A DNA stretch of 64,000 nt from an uncultured Bacteroidia bacterium (GTDB taxonomy: Bacteria > CAIWAD01 > BS150m-G50), in assembly GCA_964501185.1 (NCBI GenBank), contig CAZCRT010000007.1:16581-80580 (forward strand), given 5' to 3'. Of this stretch, positions 48,254 to 57,293 are shown piece by piece. Positions within the stretch are counted from its first letter, which is position 1. Every line of letters starts with the position of its first letter. Both the position numbers and the translations under genes were made by a program. Under the pieces are notes generated by a model. The model saw only the letters and a program-made list of their open reading frames with translations, was not told where the DNA came from and searched no databases.

Positions 48254-49159
48254 ATGGCACACCTACTGGTGCTGGGTTGTCATGGTTTGCTGGGACAAAA
48301 CCTGGTCAGGATGGCTACGTCCCATCAGCGTGTAACCGGCATTGATCTGGAGGACTCAACATTTCTCGACTATCACCGTTTTAACTATATCTCAGGTGAC
48401 CTGACCGATAGTTCACTGGTGGATCTGATTCGACAACAGAAACCTGATCAGATTGTCAACTGTGCGGCCTGGACAGCAGTTGATAAGGCGGAGACACACC
48501 GTGAGCAGTGCTGGCAGGTTAATCAGGATGGTGTGCGAAATCTTATTGCTGCCGCCAGGCTGACCAACGCGCGCCTCCTGCAGATTTCTACCGACTATGT
48601 TTTCGACGGCACAGCAGGCCCATACAGAGAGCAGAGCGAACCCAATCCCCAATCGGTCTACGCCCGCTCAAAGCTGGCTGCAGAAAATCTGCTGCGTGGC
48701 AGTGGTATCGACTACTGCATTATTCGCACAATTGTACTTTTTGGAAAGGGTGTGAATGTAGCGCCGGATTTTGTAGCCTGGTTGCTGCAGGAGTTACTGG
48801 CAGGGCGGGAGGTGAACATTGTTAACGATCAGATAGGTAATGTTACCTACGCTCCACTACTGTCCCGGGCCGTATTGCAGGCGTTGAAACTGCGGCTGAA
48901 TGGAATTTTACACGTCGGTTCCAGTGACATAATGAGTAGATTGGAGTTTGCACTGCTGGTTGCTCGTCAGTATAATCTGGATGAGAAACTGATTCATTCC
49001 ACTACAACTGCTGCGTTGAAGCAGCCGGCAGCCCGTCCACTTAAGGGAGGTCTGCTGGTAGAGGATAGTCAGCAACGACTGGAAATGAAGTTCGATTCAT
49101 GCGCCGCTATGATGCGAGCTTATGCGGAAGAAGAACCACATACACACAGGTTGAATTGA
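48254..49159 (+). CDS. rfbD: dTDP-4-dehydrorhamnose reductase family SDR
   Basis: GxxGLLG, NCAAWTAVDKAE, ISTDYVFDG, YARSK, DQIG..T, PAARP. Confidence 0.85.
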   Translation: MAHLLVLGCHGLLGQNLVRMATSHQRVTGIDLEDSTFLDYHRFNYISGDLTDSSLVDLIRQQKPDQIVNCAAWTAVDKAETHREQCWQVNQDGVRNLIAAARLTNARLLQISTDYVFDGTAGPYREQSEPNPQSVYARSKLAAENLLRGSGIDYCIIRTIVLFGKGVNVAPDFVAWLLQELLAGREVNIVNDQIGNVTYAPLLSRAVLQALKLRLNGILHVGSSDIMSRLEFALLVARQYNLDEKLIHSTTTAALKQPAARPLKGGLLVEDSQQRLEMKFDSCAAMMRAYAEEEPHTHRLN

Positions 49160-49878
49160 TGGCTGAGAAGGCACTGGTAATAATACCGACTTACAATGAA
49201 TGTGAAAATGTTGAGCAGATTATCAGGCGTGTTCTGGAGCAGAGCCCTATTATCAGTGTCCTGATAGTGGATGATAACTCTCCTGATGGCACCGGTAAAC
49301 TGGTCGACAGGCTGGCAGCGGCTGAAGAGCGTGTAAATGTGATACATCGTTCCGGTAAACTGGGGCTTGGAACAGCCTATGTAGCTGGCTTCAAATATGC
49401 TATTGGAATGAAGTATGACTACATCTTTGAGATGGATGCTGATCTGTCTCACGACCCGGAAGAGATTCCCAATTTTCTGGAAGCGATCAAGGATAACGAC
49501 CTGGTAATCGGGTCCCGCTACATTCAGGGTGTCAATGTCATCAACTGGCCTCTTTCCCGTTTGCTGCTGAGCAAGGGTGCTTCGCTATACACCCGTATTA
49601 TTACCGGTATGCATATCCAGGACCCCACCGGTGGATTCAAGTGTTTCAGGCGTGAGGTGCTGGAATCACTGGATCTGGATCGCATAAAGTCCGGTGGCTA
49701 TTCTTTCCAGATAGAGGTAAATTTCAAGGTCTGGAAGAGTGGATTTCGTATTCGCGAGATTCCAATAGTATTCACTGACCGCATGGAGGGCTCCTCCAAG
49801 ATGTCCCGCCAGATAGTGCGGGAGGCTGTGCTGATGGTCTGGAAACTGAAAGCGCGCAGTATTCTGGGACGGTTATAA
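49159..49878 (+). CDS. Polyprenol monophosphomannose synthase (Dpm1-like GT2)
   Basis: IPTYNE, DDNSPDGTG, KLGLGTAY, EMDADLSHDP, DPTGGFK, GYSFQIE. Confidence 0.92.
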   Translation: MAEKALVIIPTYNECENVEQIIRRVLEQSPIISVLIVDDNSPDGTGKLVDRLAAAEERVNVIHRSGKLGLGTAYVAGFKYAIGMKYDYIFEMDADLSHDPEEIPNFLEAIKDNDLVIGSRYIQGVNVINWPLSRLLLSKGASLYTRIITGMHIQDPTGGFKCFRREVLESLDLDRIKSGGYSFQIEVNFKVWKSGFRIREIPIVFTDRMEGSSKMSRQIVREAVLMVWKLKARSILGRL

Positions 49879-49907
49879 CAGATAACAGTAATTGAAAGCG
49901 ACAGCTT

Positions 49908-50867
49908 ATGGCTATAGAATATATGCTGGATTTTGAGCGGCCGATTTTCGAGATGAAGCGCAAGATTGATGAGATGCGTATTCTTTCACAGAACTCCCAG
50001 ATGGATATGAGTGATGAGATCACTCAGCTGGAGGGAAAGCTGGAGAAGTTGAAAAACGACATCTACAGCAAGCTGACACCCTGGAACAAGGTTCAGATCG
50101 CCCGTCATCCCCGCCGTCCATACACCCTGGATTACATTGAACGGATTGTAACCGATTTTCGCGAGCTGCATGGTGATCGTCTCTATGCTGATGATCATGC
50201 CATTGTAGGCGGGCTGGGTAATATCGATGGCCGCAGCGTGATGATTATCGGTCACCAGAAAGGCCGTGATACAAAGCAGAATATTCACCATAACTTCGGT
50301 ATGCCCAATCCTGAAGGGTATCGCAAGGCTCTCCGCTTGATGAAGCTGGCTGACAAGTTTCATATTCCTGTAGTTACACTGATAGATACCCCGGGTGCCT
50401 ATCCCGGACTGGGCGCAGAAGAACGGGGGCAGGCGGAAGCGATTGCCCGTAACCTCTACGAAATGGCCGGTTTCAGAGTGCCGCTGCTCGGTATCGTTAT
50501 CGGTGAGGGTGGTTCAGGTGGCGCGCTTGCACTGGGCGTTACTGACAGAGTTCTGATTCTGGAGAATTCCATCTATTCGGTTATCTCCCCGGAGGGCTGT
50601 TCCTCCATCCTGTTCAAAGATGCCAGACATGCAGAAGAATTGGCTCAATCACTCAATCTGACCGCACCGGATCTGCAGGAGCTGGGTATTGTGGAGCAGA
50701 TTATTCCCGAACCACCGGGTGGTGCTCACAATGACTGGGACAGCACGATTAAAAGTGTCAAAGACTCCATCAGCAGAAATCTGGCAGAACTCAGCCAGCT
50801 GGATGCTGACCGGCTGGTAGCTGAAAGACTTCAGCGCTATCAACGGATGGGCAAATGGGCGGAATAG
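49908..50867 (+). CDS. accA: Acetyl-CoA carboxylase carboxyltransferase subunit alpha
   Basis: ARHPRRP, ELHGDR, FGMPNPEGYRKA, IDTPGAYPG, GEGGSGGALA. Confidence 0.98.
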   Translation: MAIEYMLDFERPIFEMKRKIDEMRILSQNSQMDMSDEITQLEGKLEKLKNDIYSKLTPWNKVQIARHPRRPYTLDYIERIVTDFRELHGDRLYADDHAIVGGLGNIDGRSVMIIGHQKGRDTKQNIHHNFGMPNPEGYRKALRLMKLADKFHIPVVTLIDTPGAYPGLGAEERGQAEAIARNLYEMAGFRVPLLGIVIGEGGSGGALALGVTDRVLILENSIYSVISPEGCSSILFKDARHAEELAQSLNLTAPDLQELGIVEQIIPEPPGGAHNDWDSTIKSVKDSISRNLAELSQLDADRLVAERLQRYQRMGKWAE

Positions 50868-51265
50868 AGCAGGCGGTAGATGTTACGCTGCGGGTCCGCT
50901 ATGCTGAAACCGACGCCATGCGGATCGCCTATCATGCCAACTACCTGGTCTGGTACGAGATGGGGCGCAACGAACTGATGCGGGTTAACGGATTGCCCTA
51001 CCGCGAAATCGAGGAACGGGGTTTCATCCTGCCGGTACTGGAGGCCGGTTCGAAGTACATTCAGAGTGCCCTCTACGACGATGAGTTGACTGTTCGCACG
51101 ACACTTCAGCGCCAGTCACGGGCGAGTATCAGGCTGGACTATGAAGTTTTGCGTGATGGCAAAGCGATCAACCGCGGTTTTACCCGGCACTGTTTCCTGA
51201 CCCTCGATGGGCATGAGCTGGTTCCCATCCCCTCCTTCTTTCTGGAAAAATTCAATTGGAAGTAG
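50855..51265 (+). CDS. Acyl-CoA thioesterase (YbgC/FadM hot-dog family)
   Basis: RVRYAETDAM..AYHANYLVWYEMGR and YDDEL. Confidence 0.9.
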   Translation: MGGIEQAVDVTLRVRYAETDAMRIAYHANYLVWYEMGRNELMRVNGLPYREIEERGFILPVLEAGSKYIQSALYDDELTVRTTLQRQSRASIRLDYEVLRDGKAINRGFTRHCFLTLDGHELVPIPSFFLEKFNWK

Positions 51266-51267
51266 TT

Positions 51268-51456
51268 ATGACTATCAGTGAAGAGCTGTTGCAGATCCTG
51301 GCCTGTCCTCATTGTCACGGCAGGCTGCGCCCGCAGGATAGCGACCTGATCTGCGATGCCTGCCAGTTGGCCTACCCGATCGTTGACGGTATCCCCGATT
51401 TCCTGCCTGACTCTGCCAGGAAGGTGGAAGAGAGTGTAGAAGGGGATGACTTCTGA
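51268..51456 (+). CDS. Trm112 family protein
   Basis: LLQILACPHC..L...LIC..C.LAYPIVDGIP. Confidence 0.9.
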   Translation: MTISEELLQILACPHCHGRLRPQDSDLICDACQLAYPIVDGIPDFLPDSARKVEESVEGDDF

Positions 51457-51585
51457 TGGGTCTGCCCCTGTATCCTCCTCACCTCTCCGTGTGATTTTTC
51501 TTCTCACCCCCTCTCCTGAGCCTTGGCATCCACGCCTCAAAATACTAGCTTATGTAGCTCAATTGCTAATTCAAGTGAGATACCC

Positions 51586-52686
51586 ATGAACCTGTTGAAA
51601 CTTTCGCAGGCAGCTCTGGTAACGCTGCTGTTCTGTATTTTACCCCTGTCGGCACAACCCCCCGGATACTATGATTCCACTGAGGGGTTACTGGGTGAAG
51701 AACTACAGCTGGCCCTTCACCAGATTATCGACAACCATTCGGTAATGAGCTATGCTGCGCTCTGGACTGCTTTTTATACAACTGACGACAGACCAGACGG
51801 CACAGTCTGGGATATCTACTCCGACATTCCGGATGGCACCCCTCCTTATGTATATCAATTTGGTGTTGATCAGGAAGGTTCCGCCAGTGGGGAAGGGGAA
51901 GGGTACAACCGGGAGCACTCCTGGCCACGCAGCTGGTTCGGCGGAGAAGTGCTGCCGATGAACACTGATATCAACGCTATCTACCCCACCGATGTTTACT
52001 GCAACAGTATGCGTGGGAGTTACGCATATGGCGAAGTCAGCTACGCTCAATGGACATCACTTAACGGCAGTAAACGGGGCCCCTGCGCAACTCCAGGATA
52101 TTCCGGAACTGTTTATGAACCACGTGACGACTTCAAGGGGGACCTGGCACGGACCTATTTCTATATGACAACCCGCTACTATGGTGAGGATGGCAGCTGG
52201 CCCGGTGGGCCGATGTCTGATGGATCGCAGCTGTTGCCCTGGGCACTGGATCTGATGCTCGGCTGGCACGAGCAGGATCCGGTCAGTCAGAAAGAGATAG
52301 ACCGTAACAACGCCGCATACAATTTACAGAATAACCGTAATCCCTTCATCGATGATCCACAATTTGCCCTCCGGATGTATGATCCCGATTTCTCCTGGGG
52401 AGAGGTGCCGCTGGCAGCGATTACCGATTTCAATCTGGAGATAGTGGAAGATGGAATACTGTTTTCCTGGTCGGAACCGACACAGGATGTGAATGGAAAT
52501 CCACCGGTGTTGATTGAAGGATATTCAATTCATATCTCAGGTGATCCAAATTTCACACCTTCAGAGACCAGTCTGTTTGTGACCCTGTCAGCGGCGGAAA
52601 CAAGCTATCTGTTCATGATTGATCTGAACTATCCGGGGATGGCGATTTTCTTTAATATCGTCGCTCTGGGATATGGAGAAGAATAG
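51586..52686 (+). CDS. Secreted endonuclease I family nuclease with a C-terminal extension
   Basis: Signal peptide, NREHSWP.SW, FKGDLAR.YFYM..RY, DPVS.KEI.RN, QNNRNPFID.P. Confidence 0.9.
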   Translation: MNLLKLSQAALVTLLFCILPLSAQPPGYYDSTEGLLGEELQLALHQIIDNHSVMSYAALWTAFYTTDDRPDGTVWDIYSDIPDGTPPYVYQFGVDQEGSASGEGEGYNREHSWPRSWFGGEVLPMNTDINAIYPTDVYCNSMRGSYAYGEVSYAQWTSLNGSKRGPCATPGYSGTVYEPRDDFKGDLARTYFYMTTRYYGEDGSWPGGPMSDGSQLLPWALDLMLGWHEQDPVSQKEIDRNNAAYNLQNNRNPFIDDPQFALRMYDPDFSWGEVPLAAITDFNLEIVEDGILFSWSEPTQDVNGNPPVLIEGYSIHISGDPNFTPSETSLFVTLSAAETSYLFMIDLNYPGMAIFFNIVALGYGEE

Positions 52687-52716
52687 CGGATAAATCCCTT
52701 TCCATGGAAAATAATC

Positions 52717-52745
52717 TTGACAACCTGACAACGTCACTGTAAACT
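52717..52745 (+). promoter_or_regulatory. Putative sigma70 promoter of rplM-rpsI
   Basis: TTGACA, 17-bp spacer, TAAACT. Confidence 0.65.
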
Positions 52746-52893
52746 AAAAGTCTCCTTGTATTGCGATTCATAAAAAGAATTGTCAATTAAGAACAACCAC
52801 CAGGTGAATCACTTGATAGTATTTCCTGAAAGTGATGGTCTGCACCTTAAGTTCTTTCAGGGAAATACTATCGAAACTAAGAAAGAGGATATT

Positions 52894-53322
52894 GTGAAAA
52901 CATACTCGGCCAGGCCGAAAGATATCAAGCAGGACTGGATCATCGTTGACGCCACTGACCAGGTGCTGGGACGGATGGCTTCACGTGTCGCTGCTGTATT
53001 GCGGGGCAAGAACAAAGCGATCTTCACTCCCCACATGGATACAGGTGATTACGTAATCGTGATCAATGCTGATAAGGTTCGATTGACCGGGCAGAAAGAG
53101 CTGCAGAAAACATATTTCCATCATACAGGTTTCCCGCACGGTGCGCGTACCAGTAGTTTCCGTCACATGCGTCAGAAGAGTCCGGAATGGATTATTCAGA
53201 ATGCGGTTCGGGGGATGTTACCCCATAATCGTCTGGGACGGGAGATCTTCAAGAAGCTTAAGGTCTATGCAGGATCAGATCATCCACACGAAGCACAGCA
53301 ACCGCAACTGATGGAACTGTAG
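52894..53322 (+). CDS. rplM: 50S ribosomal protein L13
   Basis: GTG start after GAGGA. WIIVDA, LRGKNK..FTPH.DTGD, AVRGMLP, KLKVYAG. Confidence 0.98.
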   Translation: MKTYSARPKDIKQDWIIVDATDQVLGRMASRVAAVLRGKNKAIFTPHMDTGDYVIVINADKVRLTGQKELQKTYFHHTGFPHGARTSSFRHMRQKSPEWIIQNAVRGMLPHNRLGREIFKKLKVYAGSDHPHEAQQPQLMEL

Positions 53323-53382
53323 CGGTACCGATTACCTGTTATGAGAGTAAAAAGAAATTCGAGATTGAGAGGATAGAGCAGT

Positions 53383-53775
53383 ATGAAGGGCAAATCCTAT
53401 TATGCCACCGGCCGCAGGAAGAATTCAGTCGCCCGCGTCTGGATTACACCAGGTAAAGGCGCTTATAAGGTAAACGGACAGGAGCTGTTGGAGTACTTCC
53501 GTCGCGCTACCCTTAAAACCGTTATTGAAGAGCCGCTGGAAGAGCTGGACCTGATGGGGAAGTTTGATGTTGTCGCTACAATGAAAGGTGGCGGTATTTC
53601 CGGACAGGCTGGCGCTCTGCGTCTTGGCATCAGCCGGGCTCTCGTTCTCTACGATGAGGAGCTTCGTTCAGGCTTACGCAAAAACGGTTTCCTGACTCGT
53701 GACGCTCGTATCAAGGAGCGTAAGAAGTACGGTCAGCCCGGTGCCCGTAAGAATTTCCAGTTCTCGAAACGTTAA
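53383..53775 (+). CDS. rpsI: 30S ribosomal protein S9
   Basis: [35 protein letters not shown]. Confidence 0.99.
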   Translation: MKGKSYYATGRRKNSVARVWITPGKGAYKVNGQELLEYFRRATLKTVIEEPLEELDLMGKFDVVATMKGGGISGQAGALRLGISRALVLYDEELRSGLRKNGFLTRDARIKERKKYGQPGARKNFQFSKR

Positions 53776-53786
53776 GTCGATCAATC

Positions 53787-53809
53787 GGGGAGATTATCTC
53801 CCCTTTTTT
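53787..53809 (+). terminator. Rho-independent terminator after rpsI
   Basis: GGGGAGA-TTA-TCTCCCC followed by TTTTTT. Confidence 0.85.
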
Positions 53810-53841
53810 ACTCTACCTTTTCAGGTGGAGCTTATAAAAGA

Positions 53842-53918
53842 GCACGCTGATGGATCGTCCCCCGGTGTTCCGGATTTTCGGAATGGGATGGCGAGATGAT
53901 GTCAGCGGAAGTATAACC
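53842..53918 (+). ncRNA. Putative rpsB leader (S2-binding, t44-like cis-regulatory RNA)
   Basis: Nested stems CGCTGA/TCAGCG, CGTCCC/GGGATG and TTCCG/CGGAA, ending in GGAAGTATAACC just upstream of rpsB. Confidence 0.5.
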
Positions 53919-53934
53919 AATTACAGGAGTTTAC

Positions 53935-54978
53935 ATGCCTCGCGCAAGCCTCAAGCAGCTGTTACTGGCTGGTTCCCACTTTGGACATTTGACCCGCCGC
54001 TGGAATCCCAAGATGGAAAAGTACATCTTCATGCAGAAGAATGGGATTCACATTATTGATCTCAAGAAGACTCAGTTTAAACTGGAAGAAGCCTGTAACG
54101 CCCTGCAGCACATTGTGCAGCGTGGTGATGACGTGCTTTTTGTCGGAACCAAACCGCAGAGCCGGGAAATGATTCAGGACGAAGCAACCCGGGTCGATAT
54201 GTTCTATGTTGAGGAGCGATGGCTCGGTGGCATGCTTACCAATTTCCGGACTATTCGTAATTCCATCCGTAAGCTGGATGAATTTGACGAGATGGAAAAG
54301 GACGGAACCTACGATAAGCTGAATAAAAAAGAAATTCTCCAGGTAGAGCGCCAGAAAGCCAAGCTGTTAAAGGTTCTCGGCGGTATGCGCAAAATGAAGC
54401 GTCTGCCCGGTGCTGTATTCGTGATTGATATAAACAAAGAGAGTATCGCAGTCCACGAAGCGCAGAAACTGGGAATTCCGGTTTTTGCTATTGTGGACAC
54501 TAATGCTGATCCCACCACAGTGGAATATCCCATCCCGGCTAACGATGATGCTTACAAATCTATCGCTCTGATCACACATGTGGTTGCAGATGCGATTGAG
54601 GAAGCCAAACTGTTGCGTCAGGAGAAAGTTGAGCTGGAAGAGGAGTTGAAGGAGAAGCAGGAGCGCAAGCAGAAGAAAGCGGCTCCCGCACAGAAACCGG
54701 TACGTCGTCGCCGCAGCACCAAGCCTGCTGGTGAGGAAAAATCAGCTGTCGCCAAGGACGAGGTTGAGGAGAAGAAACCTGCTAAAAAAACTGCTGTGAA
54801 GAAGGACGAGGCTGAGGAGAAGAAGCCCGCTAAAAAAGCTGCTGTGAAAAAGGACGAGGCTGAGGAGAAGAAGCCCGCTAAAAAAGCTGCTGTGAAAAAG
54901 GACGAGGCTGAGGAGAAGAAGCCCGCTAAAAAGACTGCTGCTAAAAAAGACGAGACTGGCGCGAAGGAAGAGAAATAA
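53935..54978 (+). CDS. rpsB: 30S ribosomal protein S2 with a long Lys/Glu/Ala-rich C-terminal extension
   Basis: AGSHFGHLTRRWNPKM, FVGTK, RWLGGMLTN, IVDTNADP, PANDDA. Confidence 0.98.
   Translation: MPRASLKQLLLAGSHFGHLTRRWNPKMEKYIFMQKNGIHIIDLKKTQFKLEEACNALQHIVQRGDDVLFVGTKPQSREMIQDEATRVDMFYVEERWLGGMLTNFRTIRNSIRKLDEFDEMEKDGTYDKLNKKEILQVERQKAKLLKVLGGMRKMKRLPGAVFVIDINKESIAVHEAQKLGIPVFAIVDTNADPTTVEYPIPANDDAYKSIALITHVVADAIEEAKLLRQEKVELEEELKEKQERKQKKAAPAQKPVRRRRSTKPAGEEKSAVAKDEVEEKKPAKKTAVKKDEAEEKKPAKKAAVKKDEAEEKKPAKKAAVKKDEAEEKKPAKKTAAKKDETGAKEEK
54754..54954 (+). repeat. 48-bp (16-codon) tandem repeat, about 4.2 copies, inside rpsB
   Basis: KDE(A/V)EEKKPAKK(A/T)A(V/A)K units start at 54754, 54802, 54850, 54898 and 54946 (partial). 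Confidence 0.95.
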
Positions 54979-54992
54979 CCGCGAACGCTGAG

Positions 54993-55091
54993 CTGAAGCG
55001 ATTGCGCTTTCTGGTATATCGAGACGTAATAGAATCGAAAACCTGAAGCGATTGAGCTTTCTGGTATAAGTAGGAACGTAATAGAGTCGAA
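54993..55091 (+). repeat. Two ~50-bp direct repeats in the rpsB-tsf spacer
   Basis: CTGAAGCGATTG(C/A)GCTTTCTGGTATA...ACGTAATAGA(A/G)TCGAA starting at 54993 and 55043. Confidence 0.85.
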
Positions 55092-55110
55092 TAATTGAGG
55101 ATTCTGATAA

Positions 55111-55995
55111 ATGAGTATTTCTGCCAAGGACGTGATGAAACTGCGCCAGATGACAGGCGCCGGTATGATGGATTGCAAAAAAGCACTGGCCGAATCAGAT
55201 GGTGATATTGAGAGCGCCTTTGAGCACCTGCGCAAGAAAGGCTTGAAGACTGCGGCCAAGCGTGCTGAGCGGGAAGCCAACGAAGGTGTCATTGTCACCT
55301 GTACCAGTGATGATAGGCGGAGCGGTGGAATTCTGGAGCTTCTCTGTGAGACCGATTTCGTTGCCAAGACTGACGAATTCATACAATTTGCTCAGGACGT
55401 TGCGAACACCATGCTGGAGACCAGGATCACTGCTCCTGAGGAGCTGATGCAGAAGGACTCGCAGACACTTACCGGAAAGACATATGCCGATCAGCTTAAC
55501 GGCATCGTGGCCAAGCTGGGCGAAAAGATGCATATCGGGCGTTGCGGACTGCTAACTGTTGAAGAGGACCATCAGGGTATGGTCAGCCCATATATCCATC
55601 TCGGAAGCAAACAGGGTGTCATCGTACAGATTGACGCCGGCAAGGCTGACAGTACTGCTGCTGAAAGCTTCAAGACTGTAATTAACGACCTGGCACTTCA
55701 GATTGTTGCCTATAATCCAATCTCTGTCGATGAGGCTGGAGTTGATAAAACAGTTGTAGAGAAGGAACTTGATGTCTACCGTGAGATTGCCCGCAACGAG
55801 GGCAAACCGGAACAGATCATCGATAAGATCGCGGAAGGCAAACTGCGCAAGTTCTATTCCGAGGTCACTCTGCTGGCTCAATCTTTTGTCAAGGAAGAGA
55901 AGCTCACCGTACAGCAGCATCTGGATACTATCGGGAAAGAGCTGGACGACAAGCTGGAAGTAAAAAGCTTTATCAGTTTCAATATCGGCAGCTAA
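55111..55995 (+). CDS. tsf: Elongation factor Ts
   Basis: LRQMTGAGMMDCKKAL, ELLCETDFVAK, IAEGKL, LLAQSFVK. Confidence 0.98.
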   Translation: MSISAKDVMKLRQMTGAGMMDCKKALAESDGDIESAFEHLRKKGLKTAAKRAEREANEGVIVTCTSDDRRSGGILELLCETDFVAKTDEFIQFAQDVANTMLETRITAPEELMQKDSQTLTGKTYADQLNGIVAKLGEKMHIGRCGLLTVEEDHQGMVSPYIHLGSKQGVIVQIDAGKADSTAAESFKTVINDLALQIVAYNPISVDEAGVDKTVVEKELDVYREIARNEGKPEQIIDKIAEGKLRKFYSEVTLLAQSFVKEEKLTVQQHLDTIGKELDDKLEVKSFISFNIGS

Positions 55996-56721
55996 ATGTC
56001 AACTGTACCCTACCGTCGAATTCTCCTGAAACTCTCCGGCGAGGCTCTCGCTGGTAATGGGGGACAGGGTATTGACGCAAAGGTAATAGCCCGTATGGCT
56101 GAAGAGATCGCCACAGTATCTCGAGGTGGCGTTCAGATAGGCCTGGTCATAGGTGGTGGCAATTTCTTCCGGGGTGCGGTTGCATCCGATCTCGGTATGG
56201 ACAGGGTTCCCGCCGATCACATGGGAATGCTGGCCACAATGATCAACGGCCTGGCAATGCAACAGGCAATTGAGAAGGTGGGCGTACCTGTCCGGCTCAT
56301 GTCTGCCATCCGTATGAATGAAGTCTGCGAACCATTTATTCAACGCCGGGCCAACCGTCACCTGGACAAGGGACGTGTGGTGATTATCGGTGGTGGAACC
56401 GGTAACCCCTATTTCTCTACCGACACTGCCGCAGTGTTGCGTGCGCTGGAGATTGAAGCTGATGCGATCATCAAGGGTACCAAAGTCGATGGTGTTTACT
56501 CGGCAGACCCTGTAAAGGACAGTTCCGCACAGATGTACAGCCACCTCAGCTACAGTGAAGTGGTTGCCCGCAAGTTGGAGGTGATGGATTTCACCGCCGT
56601 TACACTCTGCATGGAAAACGATTTGCCATTACGTGTTTTCAATATGAACAAAGAAGGCAACCTGCAGCGTCTGCTCCAGGGTGAGGATATCGGAACTACT
56701 ATTTCGGGGGAGAAATCATGA
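55996..56721 (+). CDS. pyrH: UMP kinase
   Basis: [43 protein letters not shown]. Confidence 0.98.
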   Translation: MSTVPYRRILLKLSGEALAGNGGQGIDAKVIARMAEEIATVSRGGVQIGLVIGGGNFFRGAVASDLGMDRVPADHMGMLATMINGLAMQQAIEKVGVPVRLMSAIRMNEVCEPFIQRRANRHLDKGRVVIIGGGTGNPYFSTDTAAVLRALEIEADAIIKGTKVDGVYSADPVKDSSAQMYSHLSYSEVVARKLEVMDFTAVTLCMENDLPLRVFNMNKEGNLQRLLQGEDIGTTISGEKS

Positions 56722-57272
56722 AAGAGATGATTGCCGAACATGAAGTAAGAATGAAAAAGACCATTGAGGACCTGCACGAAAGGCTGAGCAGCATCCGTAC
56801 CGGTAAGGCATCGGTTTCCATGTTGAACAACATCACTGTAGATTACTATGGTACTCAGGTGCCGATCAATCAGACTGCCGGTGTCAATGTTCCGGAACCA
56901 CGCATGATTACTGTCAGCCCCTGGGAAAAGAACATGTTACCGATTATTGAGAAGGCTTTACTGGCTTCTGATCTGGGTATTACGCCCAGCAATGACGGTA
57001 CTATCATCCGTCTGGCTATCCCGGAACTTACCGAGGAGAGACGCCTGGAGATGGTCAAGCAGATCAAGCAACAGGGCGAAGATCACAAGGTTGCTCTACG
57101 CAATATTCGCCGTGATGCTAATGACAAGCTCAAGAAAATGCAGAAGGACAGCGCTATCTCTGAAGACCAGGAACATGATGGCCTGGACGAGGTTCAGAAA
57201 TTGACTGATAAATATGTCGCAGAGATTGATGAAATTCTGCAGCACAAAGAAGCGGAAGTAATGGAAGTCTAG
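56718..57272 (+). CDS. frr: Ribosome recycling factor
   Basis: [36 protein letters not shown]. Confidence 0.98.
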   Translation: MKEMIAEHEVRMKKTIEDLHERLSSIRTGKASVSMLNNITVDYYGTQVPINQTAGVNVPEPRMITVSPWEKNMLPIIEKALLASDLGITPSNDGTIIRLAIPELTEERRLEMVKQIKQQGEDHKVALRNIRRDANDKLKKMQKDSAISEDQEHDGLDEVQKLTDKYVAEIDEILQHKEAEVMEV

Positions 57273-57293
57273 CAGGCTTTCTCCTACCCCCCC

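Noticed and set aside
51554-51565. GTAGCTCAATTG resembling a tRNA D-arm start
   Set aside because: No anticodon arm, T-arm (GTTCRA) or acceptor stem follows.
54618-55382. Long antisense ORFs (also 10400..11128, 13657..14451, 22713..23471, 34011..34820, 40241..40990)
   Set aside because: They lie opposite confidently identified genes and have no recognisable motifs, so they are shadow ORFs.
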